From Sarea resinae (taxonomy: Eukaryota): 64,000 bases of DNA. The DNA lies in NCBI GenBank assembly GCA_026026165.1, contig JAPEUD010000013.1, positions 186,001-250,000 on the forward strand. The letters run 5' to 3'. Shown piece by piece: positions 1 to 11,896 of the stretch. A model generated the notes under the pieces. It saw only the letters and a list, made by a program, of their open reading frames with translations. It searched no databases and was not told the origin of the DNA. Both the position numbers and the translations under genes were made by a program. Each line of letters begins with the position of its first letter. Within the stretch, counting starts at the first letter, position 1.

Positions 1-1307
1 CCGACCTTTGTTGCTGGTCGTTCTAATTGACAAGGTAGGGAGGACACTAAAGAGCATCAAATATGTACGCCATCGCCCGGCTAAGAGTTCGAGAATGAAG
101 CGGTTCAGAACATCACTTGAATTTCGAGTGCTACAGGTGCGTCGAAGCCAATTGCACCGCACGTAGTCTTTCAAAGAAGAGACGAGAGACCGGCATCTAA
201 TTGAATCGAGAATCGCATAGGTAGGAAGGTAGATGCTTGTCACATCTGTAGGGATAAGGGTTCGACCTCCGCCTGGACTATCTAGCTTTACACAATACTA
301 GCTCTTGAGCGAGTTGTCTGACTTCTTACTTTGTGATTGCACTATACACTAGGCCTTCGAGATAGTGAGATGGGATAGTGAAGTGATAGTTATTTTATCT
401 GTCTGTCTTATTCTCCCTTCATGTAGAGAAAGGTAGGAAGTTAAGTGAATGTAGATTGAACAGTCCTTCCAATCATCCATTCGGCTGTCTGTCAACGGGG
501 CCACCCATAATGCCTCCCCTCAAGAGAGGACAAAGATGTGTGGCCAGGTCAACAAGAAGGCTGGAAAACGGGCTGATGATAACATGACAAAAGTAGTAGA
601 GGTCCTTCAAGGGACAAAAACGACGAAAACCGTGGACCACCAGAGCCCTTCTGAGTGAGTCCGATGCAGCTGAATTCGATTCATTTCATTTCATGTCATC
701 CGTCATCGTGTAGTGCGCTATGCTCTTCCTCTTTGCCAGCTCAGCCAACCAATCTGACCCAATAATACGCGACCAGACTATAATGAAAAGAAAAGGATAA
801 GGAAAGGGCGACAAATAGAATAAAGAAGAGGGAATCAAAACGCCAATTTGCGCCGTCCTGATGTTCGCTAACCCATTGTTTGAGTTCGTCAAAAGATACA
901 CATGTAGTGTATGAGGCTGTCATCGAGCCTTGATCATTCTTTCCCATTTCCCAGTGCAGACATGCTGGATTGGATTAGAAAAAGGAATTGATGAATGATG
1001 ATGAGATGACACCCAACGCCGATAATGCTCGCTAGATGTGCTGGGAATGAGGGTCTATCGTGACCTGGAAATGGTGTTGTCGTTGAGGTGGAAGTTGATG
1101 ATGATGTGAATGAGGATGAGGATGTCTTCAGTCGTGATGATGACAGTATGAGATAAGAGGCTGATTGACGTCGATGAGGTGTGAAGTCCAATGTTGAGGT
1201 AATCGTTGTTGTAGCCTTGGTGTCAATGAAGTGGATGAGATGGATTGGGATTTGTTGATCGGGCCCTAGGGAAATGAATGGGGTGATACGGAGAAGAAGG
1301 GTAGACG

Positions 1308-2939
1308 TTAGATGTAAAGAGTCTTGATACCAGCCTCGATGACAGGCGTGTTTCCTTTGCCTGTTTTCGTCGTCACGGCAATAGCAATACCGCCAGCGGT
1401 TTTGATTGCCCCATTTGTATCTCCTCGTGCGTGCCCTGCGATTTGTTTGCGCTCTTTGGCCGCGGCCTTCTGCGCCGCTTTCTTCATGTCCTTTTTCTCG
1501 CGTGCGGAAATTCGCTTGCGCTGCGGACCCGACTGTTTCTGCTGGGTCTTGCTTCCATTGGCTCCTACATTCTTGGGAATAGCATTGATGGCGTTCAGTG
1601 TTGGTGAAGGTGGTTTCGGTGGCTTGAGTGTGAGACGAACACCGCCACCGCCACCACCAATGGTACGCACTTTCTCGACTTTACCTCGCTGGGAGCTACT
1701 TGTCGTTGAATAGTCGGAAGTACTATCCGAATCTTTGATAGATTCAGGCCTCCAGTCTTCATCTTCGGTGTCATCGACGTCCTTCTCCGAGTAGTTGCCA
1801 CGAACACCCTTTCGGTCCGAATGGCTGTTCTCCTGAGAGGAGTCCGGCAAGCCGCCATGATTAGCGAACTTTGCAGCCATCTCTCTCTTTCTCCGGTCTT
1901 CCTTCTCTTTCAAGACTGTCTTCGTCGCACGACTCAGTCGGCGATCTTGCTTCTTGTTCGGCCCGTTATATGCTTCGTCGTCACTATCTGGGTCCCGTTC
2001 AACACTAGAGCTTCCTTGCGTAGATGATACGGGGCTCTCGCGGTCTTGAGAGTCCATTAATTTTGAGAAGGCATTGTCTAGATGACCCTTGCATTCTTCC
2101 AGAGCCCGCTGTATCATCGATTCAGGCAGACCCGGCATCGAGTTCTTAATGACATTCACCTGCCACGGAAAGACCTGAGGTGCTGTGGCGAGTTTCTCCT
2201 TCTGCCGATCTTCGTCCTCAGGTGAAAGGTTGACTGGTTTTACCTCGGGAGGCCCTGTATGTGGACCGGAAACGTTGCGGATCGAAGAATAATGCTCCCA
2301 GACCTATTGGGGGTCATTAGCTGGAGACTTTGGGATATCTAACCTCCCCCAGTTCAATAAGGGGACACCAACATGATATGCAATATGTACGACTCTTCGA
2401 TTTGCCTGCCCACCTCCCCCAGACACCATATAGGCAAAGTCTCTCTGGTAAATCTTGACATCCACGTCATACGCAGAACTGAAGGCAGAAATCTCCATGT
2501 TATCCCCATAAGTACCACCTCTGGCCATGCTCTGCAGATGGCTGTTGAAAACACGCTCTATCTCCTCCGGGGTAGGTGAAAGCATGTTCACCGGACTTGA
2601 ATACGCTCCGGCATTCTTGCGTTTGGGGTTGCGTCGCACCCCGCCGCCGGGCTGCACGTCCACGAATTGTTTATAGTACCCGGCATGCTCTCGCATGTAA
2701 GCGATCACACGAGCCCGGATGGCATCGTGTTCGTTTTGAGTACCGTAAAGCTGATCGGAAAGGGCGTTGAATAGGCAATTCCCTAGAGACATGTCAATTC
2801 CAGCTATCAAGAGTAACGGGCTGCACGCGGTGTTGTCGTGCAGGGCAAGCCCAGAGCAGTTCATACCGTCACCTCGGATATCAGCAGCATAGAGGCCCAG
2901 TGCCGCGAGCAGTGGGAATTCGGCGTCCGAACCCCTCAT
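1308..2939 (-). CDS. OTU-domain cysteine protease (deubiquitinase) with a CUE/UBA-like segment and basic C-terminus; 3 exons (introns ~2783-2866 and ~2304-2372)
   Basis: Splicing joins IRGDG|NCLFNALSDQLYG (OTU Cys box), YGDNMEISAF and HIAYH|VWEHYSS (His box). Both introns have GT..AG ends. The segment IQRALEECKGHLDNAFSKL resembles a CUE domain. Confidence 0.88.
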
Positions 2940-4098
2940 GCTGGGCCAAGAGGATTAGAAGAGAAGGATTAGTCGAATCGAACGAAGGCCCACATGAGGT
3001 TGGAAAAGGGAGATGATGTCGAGTAGAGAGAGGTGCAGCGATTGAGGAGCTGCGGAAGCAACAGCCCTTCACTTTTGAAAAGACCGAGAGTGTCTACACT
3101 CTCTATTGTAAGGCCCAGAGGTACCGAAAGCAGAAGTAACAGGTCAAGATGAGTAGTGACTGCAGAGGAAGTGACAACCTTGGCAGTTAGCGAACTCTTT
3201 TGAATCCTTGAACTCTCGACGTCCAGCGTATATCCGACAGCTCCAGAGGACGAATCCCTGCTACCGAAGGAGCCAAGAGACGTAGAGCGCGCGATGGGAG
3301 ATGATGCTGTAAAATTCAGGAGACCTGCATCGTCATAAGTACGGTAGGTAAGGTAGGTAGCAGAGCAGCCCAGGGTATCTATCCTTTGCTCTATTTACGA
3401 TTGCTACGTAGTCCATCCATTCACTCTGCGAACAGTAAAGCCATTGTCTCTCTATCTACGTCCCTGACAATAGACAGCTCTAGTGAATAGCCATTCGAAC
3501 GTTCACCACTCACACTCCAAGGTCAAAGTGCGCACTTGAAGTCTTCCGTATGGGGGGAATCGACGCGTTCCTCCCCGACCCGGTGCAGGCGTCATCACGA
3601 CTGAAATCTGTTCAGACCGCACGGAAGCTACCTCCTTACGGACCCAAGTACTGCGTACCTCACCTTCAGACACCTTATTTGATCCCCCTCCGTCCCGTTC
3701 GTCCCTCCCCTTTCCGACCGGGTAGGCTACCTTAAACTACTACTCCGTACTCCAGCAAGTACTAAATCGTCGGTCCTTTTCTCCCCAAGCCCCACTATCC
3801 TTCCCCACCACATCGGGACCTTACTGTACCACAATGCTGTCCCGCCGCATCATGCGATTAGATACTGGATGGGAGCAGAGTCTGAGCTGGACCCTCCCGC
3901 CATGCATCCCTTACCCTGCAATGATCTGTTTTTGAGTCATACGCAATGATGCCCACCTCCTATGGATAGTAATACTGAAGCACAAAACCCCACTGGCATT
4001 CTCACTTACCTCGCGTGGGCCCATGATCATTTTCCCATACCTAATTTTCACACCTTCTAGTCAGAGCATACCTGAAGGTACCTCATCGTCGCGCAGTG

Positions 4099-5474
4099 AT
4101 GGCTGAAGCAAATGTGGTAGTGGTTGGGTATGGTCCAGACCCTTCTCGCCGAATTCGAGTTACACGACTGATGCCATCTATGACGATCTAGAGCCGGCGT
4201 TGTCGGATTGACAACAGCCATGCTGCTGTCACGAGACGCAAGATATCAAGTTACGGTGGTGGCCAAGCATATGCCTGGCGACTACGATATAGAATATGCG
4301 TCGCCGTGGGCTGGAGCCAATTATCTGCCGTCAGTAGAGACCGATTTGACTTCCACATCTATACGCATCGCTTGAGGGTGCACTGTTATTCACCAGGTTT
4401 GCATGTGCAGAGTTTCGCTGTCGGGTACAGATGCTTCTGAATGGGACAAAAACACCTGGCCGGAGTTAGCTCGATTGGCCAAGGATGTCCCTGAGGCGGG
4501 CATTCATTTCCAGAGTATGCTCGAGTCAAGCCGAATTTCTGCAAAGCAGCGTCACTCATTGAAGCACAGATACCGTGATCTACAACAGGAAGAAGGACAT
4601 CACTACAGCCTCGGGTCAATGGTATTCAGAACTACTCAGCACCAGTCCCTGGTTCAAGGACACGGTCCCCAATGTATGTTTGCCGTCCATGATAGCTGAT
4701 CACAGGTTGATATATCTCCACTAGTTCAAATTAGTCCCCCAAGAAGAATTACCAGTCGGTATTGACACTGCCACCAACTTTACATCCGTGTGCATTAATA
4801 CTGCACTTTATCTTCCCTGGCTGGCCTCTCAATGCCTCAAGAACGGAGTCGTTCTGAAAAGAGGCATCCTGAAGCACATTTCCGAAGCAGCAGGACTGCA
4901 CCATTCAGGCCGCCCAGCTCAGCTTGTTGTGAATTGTACAGGATTGTCCTCTGCAAAACTCGGCGGTGTGGAGGACAAGAATGTCATCCCCGCCCGGGGA
5001 CAGATCGTGGTCGTGCGGAATGACCCTGGACTGATGGCTTCGATCTCCGGTACAGATGACGGGGACGACGAGGTGACATATATCATGCAACGCGCTGCGG
5101 GTGAATATATCATTTATCTAGAAGAATGACTCGTGCTGACGCCAACGCTAGGCGGTGGTACAATACTGGGAGGTTGCTATCAGAGAGGCAATTGGGAGTC
5201 ACAACCAGATCCAAACCTGGCGATCAGGATAATGAAAAGGTGTGTGGAGCTTTGCCCGGGACTGACAGATGGAAAAGGCATTGAAGCTCTGAGCATCGTG
5301 CGCCACGGTGTCGGCTTGAGACCGCTACGAATCAATGGCGTGAGGTTGGAGAAGGAGCAGATCTCTGGTCTTAACGTTGTCCACAACTATGGTCATGGAG
5401 GATTTGGGTACCAGTCGTCGTATGGCTGTGCGCAAGTTGCTGTTAAGCTTGTTGCAGAGGCGTTAGCGAATTGA
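4099..5474 (+). CDS. D-amino-acid oxidase (FAD-dependent), multi-exon
   Basis: VVVVG|AGVVGLTTA Rossmann motif split by an intron; YASPWAGANY; VVNCTGL; PARGQ; VGLRP; VVHNYGHGGFGYQSSYGCA (DAO signature). Confidence 0.93.
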
Positions 5475-6138
5475 GTAAAGCTGGGCTAGAGCAGCGTCTA
5501 CGAGCGAATGCAGAATCGCTGCAACCGACATGTTGAATTAGCATAGTTGCACAATTGAAAATAGATACTGTGTTTCACACGTGGATCTAACGTGGGCTTT
5601 TCAGCCTTGCCGGACAATTGAGTGCATTTCTGACGGGCCGTAACTTTGAGGGTTATGTCCGGAAGAAGGTGATGCGGCGACTGCTGCAAGATTAGAACAA
5701 ACACTAATGTGTAAGTATTATCACGACTGGTAATGGTGTTACAAAGTGCCAGAGCGAAATAAGTGAGAGGTAATATTCGAAAGAGAAATTCAACAGACTT
5801 AAATGTGAAAGGAATAAATGTGTTCGGCATTACGATAGTTTTTAATTCTGTATGTTATCCCCCAAAGAGAGGCACATTCTCTACAATTGACGATCTTGTC
5901 TCTATGATCTGGGGTTCTATCCCTTGAACCCGGGTCTCTATTCCTTGCATCGCTTTCAGATCGAGTGCTTCGCTACGTCTTCCTGCTCACTGCGCATCAT
6001 TTCTTTGGTCACCTAGAGATTCAAGGCTCACAAAACTTGAGATAGTCTGGATTGAAGACATCTCACTGAACAAAAAAGTAAATCAAGAAAAATCCAACTA
6101 ATCGCGCGCCGCCTTATCTGCCAATCTCATCATGCCTT

Positions 6139-6764
6139 CTAAGCCTCGGCACCGATCTCCTTCTTGATAGCGGCCTCGAGAGCACGAGGGTTGGCACCTA
6201 CTACCTCACCGACCTTCTCGCCGTTCTTGAAGAGCTGGAAGGTCGGCATGGCCTTGATGCCAAGGTCGGCGGCGACGGCAGGCACTTCGTCCACGTCGAG
6301 CTTGTAGAATTTTACTGCTGGGTAGGTGTCGGACATCCTTGAATTGTTGTCAGCGTTGTTTCTCGATTTTGATGAGCTGCCATCGAGTAAGTCTGCAAAG
6401 ATAGGGTTTGAACTCACTTAATGACTTGTGGTGCAATGACCTTGCAGGGACCGCACCAGGTGGCGAAGCAGTCGAGGACGATCAGGGAATCATCCTTGAC
6501 GTCGATGATGGAGGAGACGAAGTCTTCCTTACTATGAGTTCAACGTGTTATTAGCTACTGTCTCTTCCGAATTTTCAGTCGAGGGTGTCTGCAACAACCT
6601 CGACAACGATTTCCAGCATGGTACTCAGATTGTCTCACGCGGAAGAAATGATGTCGACGTGGGGCATATTCAATGGAAAAAGGTTGTGGGGCTTCTGAAG
6701 GTGCAGAGACAATCAGCGAGACTTACGTGGCGAGGTTGTGAACGCCTTGCTTTCCGTCAGACAT
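6139..6764 (-). CDS. TRX: Thioredoxin, 3 exons (introns ~6532-6726, ~6339-6417); possible N-terminally extended isoform from GTG at 6992
   Basis: Exon 2 encodes [17 protein letters not shown]. Exon 3 encodes FYKLDVDE...[23 protein letters not shown]. Confidence 0.93.
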
Positions 6765-9292
6765 CTTGAAGGCGAGTGCTGCTGTCGTGTGAAAAGACTT
6801 GAAGCTTGCGTTTGTTTTCGCGAGCGAGCGTTTGGATTGCTTAGGGCTCGAAGAGCAGCGGAAACCGTTGGTAGAGGTAGTGTTGCTGGAGGACGACGAT
6901 GCCGAGCGCAGTGATGGTCGAGGATTGTAAGGCTGGGTATGAGGGCGGGGACTGGTTCGTAAAAGCGTTCGTCTGAGGAGAGGTGAAGCCACGATGGGTG
7001 GTTGTTATGTGGGGGTGGATGGAGGGGTTTTTATTGTCCAGGACCGTGGTTGGTAAGGTGGTAGTAGTAGTAGTAATGGGTTGAGAGGAGAGTGTGTGAT
7101 GAGTGAATAGATGTGGAAGAAAGATTGGATGATGGCCGATCGTCTAATAGTAGAGTAGTAGAGATATGCAACTACCCAGCTACTACAGTTCAAACCAAGT
7201 CTATGCGGTCGGATAAGGTACCTAGACGCTTCGACAGCAAGAGAACGGGAGGGAAAGACTGGGAAGGGGAAGGATTGTGTGGGTTGGTAGAGAGTGAGTA
7301 CAGTAGAGGGGGGGGCGGCGATTTCGGCGGGCTGATTACGATATGTCGAGATGACGGCAGCAGGATATCGATGTGGATGCAGATGCAAGCAAGTGCGAGA
7401 TGCAGTGAAGTGAGTGCGTAGGGCGATGGGTGGGCATGGACTGAGACGGAGGAAGAAAAGATTGATCGGGTTAGGGTAGGGCGACGGCGGCAATTACAAG
7501 TTCACTCTACTTCGGTGGCCCTTGCCAAGTCTGCGGTAGGACGAGCTTGGTTCGACGTATCGTGTACTTCTATCATGGTGCATGGGATCATCCAGTCCTA
7601 GACCCTTCTCTGGAGGTCTGCTTATGAATTACAGTCCTGCCTTAAGGTTGGGCCCAGGCTTCGCTCGGAGCCTTTTCAGCGGCAATGCTCGGTGCCCGGC
7701 TTCGTTCCTCGACAGGCTGAGTAATGCAGGTGGTCATCACGCATAAATACGTACCTACAATACCTGGTATCGTGTACTACGTGGTACGAAATAGTCTCAA
7801 ACATCATCAAAATTCATATATTCATCCAAGGGCGGACATCATTACGAGATGAGATGTTATTCTTCTGCCTTTTTCAAAAACCGTACCATCAAAATCCGAT
7901 GCTCGCAAAGTCACCAGAACACAATGATTTGGATTCTTTTCATGGGCAGCAATTCAGATCTCCGTTTACTCATTGACTCATTGGGAGATGAATTCTTGAA
8001 TACCTACCTATCTATGTCGATGACTGCTAGCTGTGGATGAGAAAGGATGATCGCTGACATATAGATCTACGATTCCAAAATCACTTCCCCACTTCCAAGA
8101 TTGAAAGGCCCCTCAATTACCCGACTCTCCAGGTTCCTATCGTCATATAAGTATGCTCTATAGAGAGGGAGCGCTCTTCCTTGACTCAACGACTGCCTGA
8201 TACTGGATCCTTGATATTTGCATTCCGACCCTTGTGCGGTAACGACAACGTCATTTGTAATCTACCCCGAGGGATCTCTTCTAAACGGAGTACCGAGTAC
8301 ACAATCGAGATGCGGTCGCGTTGTTATGTGCTAATGATATCGACGGGGCGAGCAGGTGGGTTATGCGTTTCTCGGATAGCACGAATCGGCCGTGCCGAGC
8401 TATCCCAGGGTCAACGTTGAGATCCTCTGTACCCGTGTGAAGGCTTCCAGGTGAGCACACCATGTAAACAAACCTTCTTTAACAGAATATATCTTCCGCC
8501 GATAGAAAGTCAATGGAGATCAATATCTACGGTCATCTTTGTTCGATGGGATATTCGGCGCCATTTCAACCTACCCGGAAAGACGAGGTATATAAGTATG
8601 ACTCAGAATAGAGGGTTGCAAGCTTGGCTTCAATTGTATTGCATTGAATGTCGGATGTGAATCCATATATGATCCATGTTACTATGCCGCCTTATCAGTC
8701 AATACAGGTGTTCGTCTCCAAATGGACGAAGTAAAAAAAACAAAACCGCAAAGGTCACGATGCATCAGATGTTTGTCAGTGAGCGACATTCCCATATCCG
8801 ACAACGTATGACTCCGTTAAAAGAAGCTGAAGTCACGTTCCCACAATCCATTCGCCTCGTCCAATCTAAGCCCACGTTACCAGGAGAAAAAAAGGAGAAA
8901 AAAACGCGCTCATATCAATACAAATAACCCTCCCACAGGATGATGAAACATGCTCTGAAGTATCAGAGATCCAGGTCGATATCATCCACTGGCCAAAGAT
9001 TGAGAAAAAGGGCAGGTGGTTCCAATACGTTGGGGCCATCGGCTCAAAAGCAAAGTGGGAGCAGATCTTTTCTTGCGAGACGTCATGACAGGAAAAAAAG
9101 ATTCAAAAGAGAGTGACAGTTATCGGAACAAATGAAATGGTAAGGAACGTTGGAATGGATCTGGAACAAATGAAACCGTAATGAACGTCGTGTCTCGCGT
9201 GCTAGGATCCCCACAATGCTAGAGAGCCGCTCGTCGTTAATGGTATCGGCCTTCATAACCTCCCCAATTCCATCCGTTTAGGCTCATGATAA

Positions 9293-11896
9293 TTATCCGA
9301 GACTCATTCTGTTCTGTTCAGAAGAATTCCTCTGATCAACAGACGTTCTCCTCGGGATATCCAGGAGCTTTGCGCTGCCAGCGCTCATGTGGCGCACATG
9401 ACTCTTGCTGAAATCCAGACTAGTAGCATCCTGTACAAAAGGTGTCTCAGGCGGCGTTTCTGCCTCGAATTGTTCGACAGAAGCTTCGCCTTCTTGGAAA
9501 TCATTCAGGAGGCCATGTCTAGATCTGGCCCGAGCTCCCTGATGTACAACAGTTGGATGGCGACCGAGTCCATGATGCCAAGTACTTTGAATACCTTGAC
9601 CCTCATCCATCTCGCTTGCATCTCCGTCGTCCCCAGTATTTGCAGTAGTGACAGTGCTGCTTGGCTTCCTATCTGTTTCTGCCATGAGAGTGCTGCTTGG
9701 TTTCCTGTCCTTTTCCGGACCTTGACCGTATCCTAGCAAAGTATCCGGGCCTGGAGTCAAACGGCTGAAGTATTCGTCTTCAGCAACGCCAAGCTCTTCA
9801 TCCGACTGTGACATCTCGTCATACTTTCTTTGAAGAGAGCTCGCGCTCTGCCGTAAAGGATGGGTCTGTTGAGAAATTCTTTTCACAGGCTTCCCGGACA
9901 GCCAAGAACCTTCGGAATCGACAGAAGCGAGCGACTGCGACAATACTGTACTGGGCATTCGTCCTTCTGGCGAGGGGACTTCGATCGATCGATATCCGCT
10001 GATCGGTGATTCGTTGCGTGGTCCAAGACTCGGGTCTGCAAATGGGTCTCTTGAAGTGAATGAGCTCTCTGCAATGCTGCCCTTCTCAGCCAACACGGGT
10101 CCATATCGGTCTGGCTGGTAGGAGCGGCTAGGGAAGGTTGCTTCTGGAAACTGAACTCTCGAATCTGGAGGCGAGATAGGCAGTTCGGGCAAGTCTTCAC
10201 GGAATTTTGACTGTGTTCGGACAGGTGTTCCTGAGCGAGCTCGAGCACCTCTGGTAAGATGCGCAGGTGGCGGCTGACGAGACATAGACTCCCTTGAAGT
10301 ATTAGAAAATTCGGATGGTGTAGCTCTACCGCGGTCGGCCGAGCCTCTTTTAGCTTTCGCTCCACCGCGTCTAAAGAAAGAGGACCATGTACTAGCTTGT
10401 CGTGCGCTAGTGTCAGAGTCTCTGCGGTCCTGGTCGAATTGTTCGGATACATCTGGAGTACTTCTACTGGGCAGTTCGGTCATGCGTGAAACGTTTGATG
10501 CGCCTCGATTGTGTCGCTGAGGCGACGTGGGCGGTGAATTCATGCTAGCCTGTGATAGTTGGACTGCCTGGGCGGTGCTGATTACAGGCTCCTCTTGATC
10601 TTCAGCAGGCGTAGTAGAAACGTCCATGTTGGAATCATTGGCTCCACCTTCTTGATCTGCGAAGGGATTTACGGACAATCTTTCCTTGGAGGCATCTTGA
10701 AGCCAAGAGTTCTGATCGGCTGGCTTTGGCATAGTTTCCGAATCCATGGACATACGACCACTTCTTCCTGTCGCAGAGTCGTGGCCAAAGCCCATGGTCA
10801 CATCCTCAGACTGCCCGTTATGCTGACCTTGAACCCCATCGCCTGGAATTTCTGATCCACCCATATTCTGCTTCTCCTCTTCGACTTTTTGCTTTTCTGC
10901 CCGACGTAGCAATTTGAGCTGCGCACGTTCCTGATCATCTTTTCTCTTCTTCTCTCGCCGGCGCTGGTCCCTCTCCATAAGTTCTCGGAGAGCGCCGGCG
11001 TCGAGGCCGTCGGCCAGGTCCTCGATCTTTCTATTCGGCTGGATTACTTCTTCTGGTATTACCGGCTGCTTCTCCTTCCTTGAGTCGGACCGTGAAGGAC
11101 CCCACGTGCCTGATCCGGTCGCGTACCGTGAACTATCCGAATACCGGATAGTGGGTCGTGGCGAGAACACATCGAGGGCCCGAACCTTGAATTCGTGTTG
11201 GTCGGACATCGAAGAGAGAGAGGAGCGCGCGGATCCAGGAAATTGTAACGAGACGTCGGATGCTGGCCGATCAATGAGTCTATTTACACCTCCTTGTCTC
11301 TTCTTGCTGTCGCGCCTCAGTAGACCTCCACTATGGCTTACGGGCCGTTTGGGTATCGGAATAGGAGCGCTCATAGCCTTAATCTCTTCCTCTCGATCAT
11401 GGTCCCTTTTCTTCTTCTTACTTAATTTGCGACGCGGCAAGGCCGATTCATTGGCGCTCCGCTTTGCTCGCAAGGTCGGCTCTCGCGGCATAGTATATTC
11501 TGCTGGAAGGCTATAGCGAGAACCTGGGTTCTGAAAATAGTAGGATGGGATGTCGCTGCGGTCGTGAGGAACATCTCGCACGTTAGGACCGCGGTCGGCC
11601 GAATGTGCGCTCTTGTCATTTTGCGCGGACGCGGTAGCCTTCTCCTTTTCTGGATGTGATGGTAATGACTCTCTCGACTCCTTCTCCTGGGCGCGTTGGC
11701 TTGTTTTAGTAAGCCTTGCAGGCTTGTTCGATTTTCTTTTGCTCGCCTTACGACTTGGGGCACGTTTCAGCCCTTGGGGCGTGCTGCTATTGGTGGTGAC
11801 ATCAGATGTCGCGACTGCCCGTCTCCCCTTGCCCGTCCTCGTGTCTTTCTCGGACTCTGTCCTCCTCCCTTTGCGTCCAAATGGCCACATCGCCAT
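9293..11896 (-). CDS. Large Ser/Arg/Pro-rich, probably disordered fungal hypothetical protein (single exon, ~867 aa)
   Basis: Uninterrupted 2.6 kb ORF; the first ATG is at 11896 (MAMWPFGRK). Charged helical block LRELMERDQRRREKKRK. No recognisable catalytic domain. Confidence 0.8.
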   Translation of the reverse strand: MAMWPFGRKGRRTESEKDTRTGKGRRAVATSDVTTNSSTPQGLKRAPSRKASKRKSNKPARLTKTSQRAQEKESRESLPSHPEKEKATASAQNDKSAHSADRGPNVRDVPHDRSDIPSYYFQNPGSRYSLPAEYTMPREPTLRAKRSANESALPRRKLSKKKKRDHDREEEIKAMSAPIPIPKRPVSHSGGLLRRDSKKRQGGVNRLIDRPASDVSLQFPGSARSSLSSMSDQHEFKVRALDVFSPRPTIRYSDSSRYATGSGTWGPSRSDSRKEKQPVIPEEVIQPNRKIEDLADGLDAGALRELMERDQRRREKKRKDDQERAQLKLLRRAEKQKVEEEKQNMGGSEIPGDGVQGQHNGQSEDVTMGFGHDSATGRSGRMSMDSETMPKPADQNSWLQDASKERLSVNPFADQEGGANDSNMDVSTTPAEDQEEPVISTAQAVQLSQASMNSPPTSPQRHNRGASNVSRMTELPSRSTPDVSEQFDQDRRDSDTSARQASTWSSFFRRGGAKAKRGSADRGRATPSEFSNTSRESMSRQPPPAHLTRGARARSGTPVRTQSKFREDLPELPISPPDSRVQFPEATFPSRSYQPDRYGPVLAEKGSIAESSFTSRDPFADPSLGPRNESPISGYRSIEVPSPEGRMPSTVLSQSLASVDSEGSWLSGKPVKRISQQTHPLRQSASSLQRKYDEMSQSDEELGVAEDEYFSRLTPGPDTLLGYGQGPEKDRKPSSTLMAETDRKPSSTVTTANTGDDGDASEMDEGQGIQSTWHHGLGRHPTVVHQGARARSRHGLLNDFQEGEASVEQFEAETPPETPFVQDATSLDFSKSHVRHMSAGSAKLLDIPRRTSVDQRNSSEQNRMSLG

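Noticed and set aside
1..80. Possible first micro-exon (ATG GC|GTACAT) of a minus-strand gene leaving the window
   Set aside because: Too little sequence to support a call.
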